Shown one piece after another: positions 25,731 to 38,002 of a stretch of DNA of 64,000 bases; position 1 is the stretch's first letter, and each line of letters starts with the position of its first letter. The notes beneath the pieces are model-generated. The model made no database searches and had not been told where the DNA came from. It was given only the letters and a program-made list of their open reading frames with translations. The position numbers were made by a program, and so were the translations under genes. The DNA comes from Fimicolochytrium jonesii (taxonomy: Eukaryota), in the NCBI RefSeq assembly GCF_025526975.1, contig NW_026515696.1, forward strand, positions 124,001-188,000, written 5' to 3'.

Positions 25731-27488
25731 TCACAAAACCACCCATCGCGCATCCATTCCCGGACCAACAACAACCTCACCTCCATCCACACCAAACGCA
25801 AACCCCGAAACCTCCGCCGGTGGTGTCGCGCCGTACACATACTCCCCCTCCACCTCCTCAACCGCATTGACATCCAAATGGGCGACGATGTGCGGGTGAT
25901 GGTATCCGTTCATGCTGTACGCGCCCCCGCAGTGACTGGCGACTTGATGCAGGTCCGGATGCTGCAATTGCTCGCGGTTCTGTAACAGCATCAGTTGCTC
26001 GTCGTGAGGCGGGTGAGCGTGAGGGTCGTACGTCATGAGGAACGGGCCGTTGTTATCGAGGTAGCATCCATTGTAATGCGCGTGTACATCACTCTGGTGG
26101 TGAAGTTGCGTGCTTAACATGTCACCGCTTTCGTGGTCGGAGGACGACAGCGCGTGGCCCAGAACAGCTATGCTGCCGTCGTGGGTGGAGATAACTCCCG
26201 CCGGCGCCGTATACGGGGGGTAAGCAAACGGCTGATGCTGACGCACATGCTCGGTCACCTGCTCCATCCCGACATCGATGTCGTTATGTGAATTCGAAGC
26301 ATACCCGACAACATGGTCTGCATACATTGCCGCAAACCCCATCGTGTCCGTGTGCGTCGCCGGCGGATCCGTCACAGGCATCCCATCCGGCCGATACACC
26401 GCTTCCCCATCTACTTCCTCTTCCTCCGTCAGCATACCCGCGCACGCGACAGAGATAGGCAACGACGACGATGACGACGAAGCGAACGCGTAAGCTGCTC
26501 CCAAGTCCCGCTGATTGTCGGGCCATCCGCCGGCATACCCCGAATCTTTCCTCCTTTTGTCGCTTGAAGGAACCACCGGCGGGACGGGGAGCGAATCGTC
26601 TGCGGTCTCCAAGGTGCCCTCGTCCATATACGCCGGGCATTCGTTAACAGGTGGTTCTTGCACCTCAGCTCGTTGTTTGCGTTTCCGTCCCCGGCGCCGC
26701 TGCGGGGGGGCTTCGTCTCTCAACTCAGCTTTGACCGTCCTTGCGGGACTGGGTGAGACGGCGTTGACGTCCGTGTCAGTCGTAACGAAACAGTTCTTCT
26801 TCTTCCGTGGCCGTCTGACCCCGCTCTTGGGCTTCTTGCGTTTGGTATGCACTTTCGAATGTCGGGCAACTTCGTCGCTGCGTCCGAAGCAGCGGCCGCA
26901 GAAGTCGCATTTGTACGGTTTTTCGCCGGAGTGGATGCGGAGGTGGCGGCCGAGATGTTCTGCGCGGTAGAACGCTGGATGGGGTGTATCAGATGCGGGA
27001 AAGACAGTGAAACAATATGGGATATCCAACAATTACTCACCCATTGGACAATGCGGACAAAAATGCGTGCGATGTTCCGGCTCCTTCCTACTTCTCGGCT
27101 TCTGCCGCGGCCGCCGCTTCTTCACCACAGGCTCGTTGACCGCCGTCTCATCCTCCTCCTCTCCCGCATCTTCTCCTCTATCATTGGTATCCCCTTTCAC
27201 CACCCACTCCTCCTCATCCATTTGCTTCGTATCGTCATCATCACCCCGCCACGCTCCACCATCACTCCCACCTTCACTTACACCCCGCATCATCTCCGCC
27301 GGTAACGGGAACGCGTCAACGGCGCTTAAGGGGGTTGGGAATAGGTCGGGGAGTTGTAGAAGGAGTTGTGCGAGCGCGGATTCGGTTGTGGATGCTGATG
27401 TGAGGCGGCTGAGGTTTGGTGTTGGGGGGTAAAGTTGGGGTGGGGGCCCGGTGGGGGGGTTGTCGTCGCCCTCAAAGGGGGTGAGCAT
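25731..27488 (-). CDS. C2H2 zinc-finger transcription factor with two fingers (EGR/Mig1-like), intron within finger 1
   Basis: HFCPHCPM|AFYRAEHLGRHLRIHSGEKPYKCDFCGRCFGRSDEVARHSKVH; start codon uncertain. Confidence 0.85.
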
Positions 27489-29713
27489 GGTGTGGGTTGG
27501 GGGGGTTGATGGGGGTGGTACCTCGTTGGTGGATGGGCTCGGGCGGTGTGCGCGGGTTGTTGTCGGACACTCGGAGTGCGAGGCAATGTCTTGTGATGCG
27601 GAGTACAGGCCGAAGTTCTTGGCAACCAAGTCTTCGAGGGTTTCGTGCGTAGGCGTAATGCGTTCTATCTTCGAAGACCCGAAATAAAGGCGAGCTCGGT
27701 TGTCGTCAAACCGAAACGGAACAAGACGAAAGGATATCGTATGCGTAAGATGCTGGTATGCCTCTGCTCGTGTTGTATATGCGTCCGTAATGCGTATACG
27801 AAACCGAAATTCTGAATGCGCAAATCGTCCTAGCCAATCTCAAATATCCGTAAAGAAGAATGTTCTGCGCGGGCGGTTGGTTTCACATCGTCGGTCGGAG
27901 CGGGGCTATGTCAGAGACTGTGATCGGAACGAAACGGATTCAGAGATGAGATGACAGTCAACGATTCAGCAGGCGAGGGTGGAGGAGGCAGAACACCCAA
28001 TGCGAGCGTTAAAACCTTCTCCATGCTCTGGCCTTGCCAAAGCCCAGTCTTGACTGATAATGCCTGCCTAACCACCTGGCAGTCGCACATCATAGCGACC
28101 CACTGACAGCCCGACATGCGTCCCCCGCTCCAACCGGTAAAGGAGGGAAGGACATCCTCAAAGGGGGGGCATATTTCATTTCCCTTAGCCCGGGACCCTT
28201 GGTAGCCTCCTTCTTTTCGCAGGGCATGATATCCCGTCACATCACCCTTTTGACATCTCTCCACTACCAGCCCCGACCCTGGGTGCCTGACCTTTGGTAT
28301 TGTGGAATTGTTTTGCGTACCTTCGGTTTTGAGACCTGTCAGTCGGCGGCGGTGTGACAACTCACTTTCTCTGGTTGGGTTCTGTGGCCTCCGAGGAGCG
28401 CGTGCTTGTGTGCGGATCGACGAAAAGACGGTGGGTTGTCGGGTTGCTAGGCGTTGCCGGCGAGGGGTGGGTGGTGGAACGACGCCTTGGGTTTGTGGCG
28501 GGTGGTGTGCTGCGGGAGATGGCGATCGAATGGCAGAAGAAGCGCAGTGTGACAAACCACACCTCCTCAATACTACGTCAACCGATTGCGGACTTTTGAA
28601 GACAGTCCATTCCGATTCGTTCGCACCTTCAGGGATCCGAAGGAAATGTCAAATTCCAGAGCGAGCGGATCACAGGCAGCACGTCCGTGTCCAGCACTCA
28701 CATGCCGACAGTGGGACGAACGGCATGTCGGTGCGCATCCTGTCTCGCTCATCGGACATCATGTCACCGCTCCGGTGGGGTGTTTGTCAACCGGGGGATC
28801 TCTATAGGGTGGAATACCGCCCCTCAAAAGGAGCCCCGGTCAGTTAGTCAGACGTGTGTCTTTTCGCCAAGGTTGCGGATATTCCTTCGGATGCCTTCCC
28901 CGCACGTCAAATACCATCCCTTTCCTCCGCTCCTGGAACAGGAAGATGGGATGTGTCGACTGGCTAATAGATGCTGGTTTGGACAATAAAAGACCTCTAC
29001 CGTTGTCTCTTCCCCGCTCCCCCGCAACGGTCGCAGTGACGTGTCGTGACGCCACATCTTTGCTTTTTCTTGCGAACCCCCACAGCCTTCCATAGCCCAG
29101 AATATGCTGTAAACATTATCTTGCGATGGAAGCTTCATGTGCAATGAAAGAGGCTGAACACTCATCGAGATGCAGTAGATATTGTAAACTCAGAATGGTC
29201 AATCGACGGAATGAGACTTCTTTAGATTAAGGAAATGGCAGCCCTGAGGACCTCGTAAGCCCACCTTCTCGAAAATCTAACCTTTTTTATGGAGGAGGGA
29301 ACATCGGAGCCCATTGCATTTTGGATGTTGTGGAGAAACTCGCGGATGGAAAACGGAAAAGACCGAAACGGAATATACATTTGACAGCTTGTCGAGAGAC
29401 GCTGTCAGTCGCGCTGTCGAATGAGTGGAGTTTCCTGAGCGGCACAAAAGAAGGCTTGGTAAAGCCCAGCATTCAAAAGCAGTGGCTCTTAGACGAGACC
29501 CTAGTTAGGCTATCGATTAAGGAAAAGATAACTTGTGTATTTTCTAGTCAACTTCAACCCGAGCTGGAACTCAAGCTCTCTAATAAGGTACAAAGTAACT
29601 TGGGGGCCTGAATACGTCTTAGACCCAGTACATGGTGGGCGTTGGCAGGTCACTATCCCCCTCTCCCTGTCGCGTCGACGCCTGCCACTCGCGTTCTCGT
29701 TTTCTAATGCTGA

Positions 29714-31870
29714 TCAGTTAAAGAGCTCCTTGGCGTTTTCAATGCAGAAAGCAATGATTGCCACCATCCCTTTCATGTCGCCGGGGATCGGGATTCCTCC
29801 GTTGCGGAGGATATTCGGCCCCACCACGGTGGCGAGGTTAGTGGCGGTCATCCTGTTCTTCTTGTGGTGGTTTTCGATCATGGATAGGAGGGCGAAGACC
29901 TCTTGCGCAATGACGTAGTGTGCGGTCGGCAGCTCGGATAGGAGGTCCTTGATCTTGGACAACTTCGCTTCGTTGTCGGAACAGTCGGGATCGTCTGACA
30001 TTGAATGAAGAGCTCATCAAATCGCATGACTCAATCCTGGGGCGGACGCAGAGATTACATACTTGCGATGGCCATCCAACGATCATATCCTTCTCGCGTC
30101 AACAAGGGTTCTTCCATCTCCCTCAAAAATGCCTTCAGCACAGCTCCCAAGACCGGGGCGTTTACAGTGTCGTTCGTGACGGGGGAGGACGAATACGGGA
30201 GAGGCTCCCCGCGCTCCAGCGCTGCCTTCACGAAGTCGACTGATGACTTTGCGACGCCCTCCCGCAGGAATCCGTCGAACTCGAGGGGAGAGACGAATTC
30301 TACGACAAAGAGATTGAGAAGGTGTCAATACGAACTACCAGGAGTAAGGCGATATGTCACGGGCGTGTTACCGTCGGTGGTATCTTTCACGCGAACCGGG
30401 GTCTTGATTCCCTGGACCAAGTCCCGGAAGAAGCCGGGGATCTTTTCGCGGGTTTCCGCGATGTCGTTTTCGGTTCCGTATGTCTTTAGTATGTCCTCCA
30501 GGTTAGCACCGAAGTACACGGGTTCTAAAGAATGCGTTGGTATCAGTTTCCCAGAACGGATAACGGCGTGAAGGAAACATCTCGAAGAGAGAGAAAGGCG
30601 CACCTTTTTCTGGAACGGTCCCGAATGGAACGTAGACCGGCGGCGGTGGGACAACGACTCGGGTCTTGCGGAACAGACCCGCGATGGCCTTCTTGACCTT
30701 CTTTGCCTTTTTCAGAACCGCTGCCACACCCTTGAGCTTCAGTATGCGGGTGGTGCTGGCCGGCGACGATGGCGAACCTGGGAGAAGACCGGGGGACGTT
30801 GCTGCCGTGGCAGACGTCACGGTAGCTCCCACATGGACTTCTGGGGCAGGCGCGACCGCTTGAGCAGGAGCGGTGGCGGGCTCGAGAATGGTGGTAGTGG
30901 GGCGGGCCGAATCTACCACCGACTCCAGGCAGTTCGCTAATGAAGTGAGACAACGCAGTGAGTAAGTGGGCGTTCAATGAGAACCGGTGACGTTAAGCTA
31001 GTGACGACGTACCGTGGCTGCTCTTGACCTCAGTGTCAGCAGGGTGGGCATCCTCGCCGTCGGACAAGCACGACTCGATGGCAGTGGTGGTGGACGGGCC
31101 ATCGTAAGAGAACTTCCAGGCCGGCCAGCTCGCTACTGAAGTGAGACAACGCAGTGAGTAGGTGAGTGTACTATCAGAACAGGGTGACGATGAGCCGGTT
31201 AACTTACAGAAGATGTCGGCAAATTGCTCCTCTTTGGTCAAGACCAAAGGGGCTTGTATCACAGCCGAACCGGGGCAAGGCTCTGCAGCATTAGCAACCG
31301 CTTCTTCGGTGCTCTCAGTGTCAGCAGGGTGGGCATCCTCGCCGTCGGACAAGCATGACTTGATGACCGTGGTGGTGGACGGGCCATCGTAATAAAACAT
31401 CCAGGCCGGGCAGCTCGCTAAAGAAGTGAGACAACGCAGTGAGTAGGTGAGTGTTCTCTGAGCACAGGGTGACGATGAGCCAGTGACGACTTACAGAAGA
31501 TGTCGGCGAATCGCTCCTCTTTGGTCAAGACTAAAGGGGCTCGTATCACGGCCGAAACGGGGCAAGGCTCTGCAGCATTAGCAACCGTTTCTTCGGTGGG
31601 ACGGAGCGGAGCAGCGAGGAGTGGACCGAACGCCGGGGCGGGGCTGGCCTTAGCGTCACAAGCTACCATCTCGACGATGGGAGCAGGGGCGGCAGGAAAC
31701 GGTGGTACGATTGACGAAATGGGGCCAGGCTCTGCAGCTCCAGCAACCATATCGGCGGTGGTGGAAAGAGGGTGAACAGCAAGCTGTAACACTGTTTCAG
31801 GAGCAGCAACGGCGGTCTGCTTGCGGAACTGTGCAAGAAAAGAATGAAAGGGGTTGAGAATCCCACTCAT
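29714..31870 (-). CDS. RhoGAP domain protein with N-terminal duplicated exons (about 7 exons)
   Basis: VYFGANLED; DGFLREG (Arg finger position); LKAFLREMEEPLL; LSELP..NRMTATNLATVVGPNILR; first three introns keep the reading frame. Confidence 0.85.
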
Positions 31871-31970
31871 AGCCTTCGCGATGGGACATTGTCAGCCCTA
31901 TACTCACCAAAGAACGATCGCACAGCTGCTTTTCAATAGAGGCGACCCGTTCCATGACGGAGACAGTCAT

Positions 31971-32070
31971 GTTGGGTTGGAAGACGAACGGGTTAATGTT
32001 TGTTTGTGGTGGGAGGTTGGGTTGGAAGACGAACGGGTTGATGTTTGTTTGTGGTGGGAGGTCGGGTTGG
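31971..32070. repeat. 45-bp tandem duplication upstream of the RhoGAP gene
   Basis: GTTGGGTTGGAAGACGAACGGGTT(A/G)ATGTTTGTTTGTGGTGGGAG twice plus a partial third unit. Confidence 0.9.
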
Positions 32071-32179
32071 GGTGGATTGGTGCTATTTTGCGAAGCATGG
32101 AGAGAAAGGGAAGTGGGGCCGAAGGTCGTCCCTTATATATACCCCCCTCTGCCCCCCCTCCCGCCCTAAGGCCAGCAGC

Positions 32180-32316
32180 CCAGCAAGGGCCGAGCGGAGT
32201 TCAGTAAAGAGCTGAGCACGAGCGGAGTTCAGTAAAGGGCTGAGCAGGGGCCGAGCGGACTTCAGTACAGGGCTGAGCAAGGGCCGAGCGGAGTTGCAGT
32301 AAGGGCCGAGCGGAGT
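32180..32316. repeat. Imperfect tandem repeats of GGGCCGAGCGGAGTTCAGTA(+AGGGCTGAGCA)
   Basis: About 5 copies of the CGAGCGGA core visible. Confidence 0.85.
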
Positions 32317-32880
32317 TTCCCTGAAACCTCCATTGACAGTAAATCGACAGCATGGAGGATCCTTCCGCAAAATCCACGCATTGCCCCAATTGGGGAAGAT
32401 GATGATCATATAAAAGCACCGGGTGAAAGAAAGGGCAATGCGATTCAGCATGAGCGGAGTGCATGTTTTACTCTATACAGGAATGCATGCGCAATTCATG
32501 ACTCTACCCAGGCTTTTATTTTCTCTCATGGAGGTTGTGATCATCTCAACGTGTCGAAGACCGCACAAAATGACTTCGGGAGAGATATCGCACGAAAAAA
32601 TGTGACCGCAAATAGAATAGAGCAATGACGGTCGACCCGGACATAGTTCGGTTCATCCCGATCGAAGTGAACTGCAAGAGCACCCGTGGGGACCTTTCTT
32701 GACGTGACGCGTCCGGAAAGGTTTCGAATCCTTGCTCAGAGGTCTCACAGAGTCCAACGCCATAGTGGTCAGGAACCTACTTTTGAAGATGCATATTCTC
32801 GAGTCTATATACATCTATCCTACGCAATGCCTCACACTGGTATAGACTGCCACCTCTCCACCATCCGATTCCCACCGCCA

Positions 32881-35436
32881 TCACACAACAACCTGCCCCG
32901 CACACTCCAACACATCCTCCAGCACATCCCTCGAGACCAGCGGCACCGGGCCCCGAGCCCCATCCCCTGTAACGATCCCCAGCACATCCCGCACATACTC
33001 CGGGCGATGCATGCCGACGAGCACCGTTCCCGCCGGCTCGTTGGCCTCATCATCCTCGTCGTCCTCATCCAACGGCGTTGATGTGGATGCGTTGGGCATG
33101 GACAGAGCCAACGCCGATCTTGCGCATGTGAGGGCGATGGTTTGCAATGTCGGTGGCGGAGATGGTGTTGATGGTGTTGCGGTGGGAGTGTTTGGCACGG
33201 GTGTGAATGGCGCCGATCCTTTCACGCCGGCGCTGATCGCTCCTGCCTTCGCAGCCGACGACAATAACGACGCAAGGTTGGTGTTGTCGTTGGATTGGCG
33301 CGTGTCGAGGATGCGTAGGAAGGTGGACGCAAATGCGGTGTATGCCTGTGAGACGGACGACGGAAATGGAGAGGAGGAGGAAGCATCAGCGTTTGCTCAC
33401 TTACGTGGGATTACACTTGGCGAACTTACAGCCAAATACTCTGCACACCACTCCTCCGCTTCCTTCCCATGCTGCTTCAACTCCGCACAGGCGGCGGGCA
33501 CGGCGGGGGCAACGCGAGAAGTCAGGTATAGCCGGCCCATGTAGGGGTTTTGTAGCAGCTGTGTGATGTTTTCCTGGATCGCCTGTAGGAAGCAGGAGCT
33601 CAGCTGTCATGCTGTTGGGGTATTTGCTCTTCAGGGCTAATGGGATGCTTGGTAAACGATCACCAAAGCAACTTCGTCCCAGCCATGGCCTCACCTGTCC
33701 CCAAACAAACGCCTCCAAAAACTTGCTATCGTCCATGCTCAATAAAACAGGTAACGATCGTTCCATCTCGACGAGTTGGTTGAGATGTGTTGTCATTGTG
33801 TCGAGGTTGGATGGGTCCTCACCACTTCCACTTCCGCCCCTAATCGGCGAAGAGACAAGCTTCCTCGCCCCCTTACTAACCCCCAACAACGGCCTATTCA
33901 CCACCGCCCACAGCCCACTCCTCATCACATGCCGCATCACCCCCTCCGCGCCATCGTACGTGCCGCGGTTGTATGTTGCCGTGTCGAGGATATTGAAGGG
34001 GAATTCAACGGTGCTGAGGTTGGGCGGGTATGTGGGTGAATGGGTCCGGGAGCTTTGCGAGAGGTGCGATAGGAGGGTGGGGAGGTGTAGTGTTGTGGCC
34101 GTGGCGGTGGGGCTGGGGCTGAGGGATTGGGAAGAGAGGCCATAGCTGGTGATCCGGCCTATAAAGGTGAGCATGGGATGATTAGTTGCGTGTGAATGTT
34201 CCCCTCGTCTGCAGAGGTGGCCGGCGGATTATAAGCAACGAGGAGATGCTTACCACGCTGAACCTCCTTATCTAGATACGCAAACGCCTCTCCAATCAGG
34301 TCGTACACTTTCTCCGTCGTGAATCTCTAAGGGGACACAACAAAAGTAGCCAGGAGATCAGCCTGTCGAAATCGGTCCGAGCCCCGAAGCGAAAGGAAAC
34401 CACCCCTACCTTGGCCAAATCTGCACCCATCCTCTCCGGACAGTTCACCATGAACACATCCACAGACTCGACGCCTAGCCTCTCCAACGAGCGGGTCAAC
34501 TCGCCCTCCAAGAACGCAGGGGCGAGAGAGTGTGCGAGCACGTTCGGCCCCAAGTTGGCGTACGGGTAGGATGGTGAGGTGGATGTTGCTGGGACAGGCG
34601 GGTGATGGCCCGCTTTTGTTACGAGGATTAGGGACTGGATGTGACGAGATGAGGATCCGATGGGGCATTTTATTGCGTCGACCGTAGGATCTTCCGCTTA
34701 CCTCTCGCGTAACGATACCCTCCTCAATCTGGCGGTTTATCACGTTGCCAACGTACTGCTCCGACTGTCCTGTAAAGCCACGCCCAGCACCCGGAGCAGA
34801 ACGTCAATCTCGTGTGCAGCTCAAACCCTCTCCCCATGTTCCTTCGTTCCCCCACCCGAAGACCACGGCCCACCGCCTCTCTTCGCTTTCGCATTGCCCT
34901 ACCTTTATGAAAGTGGGCCGACGTATCTATCACATTCACGCCAGCCCGCAACGCGAGCGTCAGCGCATCCCCTTTCTTGCTTTGCTGTATTCCCTGATCC
35001 CCAGTCTCCCCATTGACACTCAGCGCGAACTCTTTCGCGCCAAACCCAACGTTCGAGGCCCGCCAGCCTGGGGACATGGGGATGAAAGAGAAACATTCAC
35101 GGAAGGGAACAATTGGTGTGAGGTTTGCATAAACGGCGTTCTTCGACACGCAACACAAAACGGACCGACATACCCTGCCGCGCAACATCCACATACGCCA
35201 TGCCCGGAAACTTTGCAGCAAGCGCCCGCGTCCCCTCCGCTGTTGCACGACCCTTCAGAGTCGAAAACATTCTGCAGCGTGCCACGGAGTTCAGTCCTAC
35301 TATCCCAGCTGCTGCCCAAAAGAAAAGGGGGGGGGGGGGTTAGTGGGAACTCTCTCTCCTAATTGGATCAAGACTCACGCGACGCACGTCGGGAACATGG
35401 CCGCCGCGGAGTGAGGCATATCCGAGGTGGTGGCAT
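32881..35436 (-). CDS. Aldo-keto reductase family protein, multi-exon
   Basis: GRATAEGT; ALRAGVNVIDTSAHF; LTRSLERLGVESVDVFMVNCPE; GRITSYGLSS; VEFPFN; VNRPL; VLVGMHRPEYVRD; Arg-rich leader; start inferred from splice phase. Confidence 0.75.
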
Positions 35437-37087
35437 GACTGCGAGCGCAGGGACGATGGATGTGCGTTCCGGAGAGGTGAGACTCTATGCAATAGTCCAT
35501 GCGTCTGCGTATCGCCTCGTTTGGAGGTGTTCCTTTCGCTCCTTTTGGGGGAACGCGCTGCTCCTTTTCCTTCTCGTGGCGTCCCAAGCACACCGTATGT
35601 GTTACCTACTATGTACTGTACATGTATACACCACCGAGCGCACCCGCCTAAAGTCGATAGAATCTCGTGGCCGTGCATCATGAGCTGCCGTGGCTTTGTG
35701 CAACTCACCGTGATCTTTTCGATTACGGACCCGACTTCCAAGCTCCGACGTTGAGAACTTTCGACAAGGGCAGGGCCAGGCACCAGGCGGGAAGTTCGCC
35801 AGATGCTCACGCTAGGAGCGCTAGGTATATGCATAGAAGCCCCTGCATCTCGCACCTCACCCAGTGGAAAATCAAGGGCAATATTCGACCATCTCTAACA
35901 CTGTACAGGAAAAATGCGCTATCGTGCGCTGGCAGCGCTGTGCCTTCTTCATCTGGGCATCGGGGCCTCAATAGCTGCGGCCCCAGACCAGGGCAACTGC
36001 ACTTCTGACATTATCAACTTTTCACCATATTTATCAATTCCCTTTCCCCGTTCGTAGACGCAGATGGACCGTTTCGGCTGAATGCCACTCCTTGTTTGAA
36101 TGGTAAGTCTTTACTTCTCACTGGCGGGTTAAGCTCGCCCCGTCAACATCTTCTCCACCCTTCACCCCTCACCCGATACATATTTTATCATCCAGCGTTC
36201 GCTTTGACATTGCCTTGGACAATCATAACAGCGCGCGAGAATCTCACCACCACAAACCACACCATCTACAACCAGCTTCCGGACTCGCTCATCCCTGCGG
36301 AGCGTGGCGGGTGACTGGGTGGATGGTTTTGGGAGGAGTGGTGGGTATGGGTTTCGTCGCGAGCGAAGCGGATGGCGAGTGCTCTCAGGAGGCGAGAATG
36401 CGCAGGAGCGCGGGGAAAGCGAGCTCCATTGTGCCGCCGGCACGAGAATGCTTATTCGCAATTCCCTCGCTTCGTATATGGGTCTATTCGCAAGTGATTT
36501 TTCATATCCGTTTCCTACGCCAGAGTCCCAAGGCACGGGGATTCATCATGCGGTCCTGTAGTGAAGAGGATAGAGAAATGAGTACCCCCGATAAATACTG
36601 CGACACATGCAGGTACGCCTCAGGCCGACCCGTGGTTTGACAGCAACTGACACTATTACGCGTCTCGCCGTTTTCTGCACCCCCAAAAAAACAAGCTTTC
36701 TCTTTTTCAACGCACAACGCTGGACACAGAAGGGCAACGCGCGAGCGCCGTTTGTGCGGGACTTCAGCGGAATTGGCAGGGCTATCAGAATCATCAAAAA
36801 TATTTCACAAAAGTTCCGAACCGGCTGAGTTACAGCAGGTTTTGTAAAGTTGTTCCAGATTTTTGGATGCTGTTTTTTGGAGTGCCGTCGTGCACGGCGC
36901 AACGTCCATACGGTCATGAGGCAGTACACTGCCAGGGACTAGAGTACAAGGAACAAAAAGTTATAATTGCTCAAGGTGATCTGGCTCGCCGCAGAAATGA
37001 TATGGATGTACAAAGTTGCTCAAAACTCATATGTTCTAATACTAAAATTACGCCTCGGCCGTCGTAACGTCCATATTGCGTGCAAAC

Positions 37088-37203
37088 TGTAACGTCAGAG
37101 GAAACGTAGACGATATTGGGCCCTTCCGAGAGGGCTGAGAGCAGTGTATTGTAGTGAAGTAAAAAGTAAGAAGCTTTTCGCAGCGGCCGCTCAACTGACA
37201 GCT
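37088..37203 (-). mobile_element. Truncated LTR (3'/U5 end) of Ty3 family A
   Basis: Near identical to 38003-38117, beginning TGTAACGTCAGAGG. Confidence 0.9.
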
Positions 37204-38002
37204 GTTCTCTTCTAGATGCCTGTGCAGTGCCAACCTCATCTGGGTCAAATCGGAGTTAAAAAGTCTACCACAGTCCTTAATTGGTAAAACAATTAGTAAA
37301 ACAATTAGTAACTGGTAACATGAAAACGAAAGTAGCCAGCAGGAATTAGACTCTAAGACCGTCTGCACGCCCCAGATAGGTACTCTTCTAGATGCCTGTG
37401 CAGTGCCAACCTCATCTGGGTCTGGGTCAAAGTCAGAAGTGTGCTGCACAAGGTTGTCAGTCCAGAAATTCCAGACAATTGCTAAGTCCACCAAGGCGTG
37501 TTCTTCAGTTGCCCGTTGGTGGGCTGATTTCTGAATTCTGTCCAAGTCCCTCCCAGCGTGTTCTTCAGTTGCACAGCAGGAGGGAGAAATGTTCAAAAGA
37601 ACAAATCTATGGAACAAAGGCTTAATCTCAGCAGATCGTAGCAACAAGGCTACTCTACTGCTTACAATACCCCGTTCCTTATTTAAGTCGCCTGCAAAGG
37701 ATTTCCTCTCTCCAATATCTTAAATTAACATTCAGAGGCTACTCAAGATCCGCTTCCGGACTTGAGGATCCCTCCCTGTTATGATTCTGGATGCACACAA
37801 GGCACATCCATTTGTAATCATCTGATTTTGGAGATTGATTTACATCGCGTTCTGGCATGGATTCCGATTTAGAGGCGTGCAGCCGTAATCCTACGCATGG
37901 TAGCTTCGCGGCACTAGCTTTTCAGCTAACCGTAAATACCAATTATGCGAATCAACAGTTCCTCTCGTACTAAGTTGAATTACTATTGCGATACATGCTT
38001 CA

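Noticed and set aside
36050..36640. Small spliced gene
   Set aside because: Splice-like signals are present but no coherent open frame or recognisable domain
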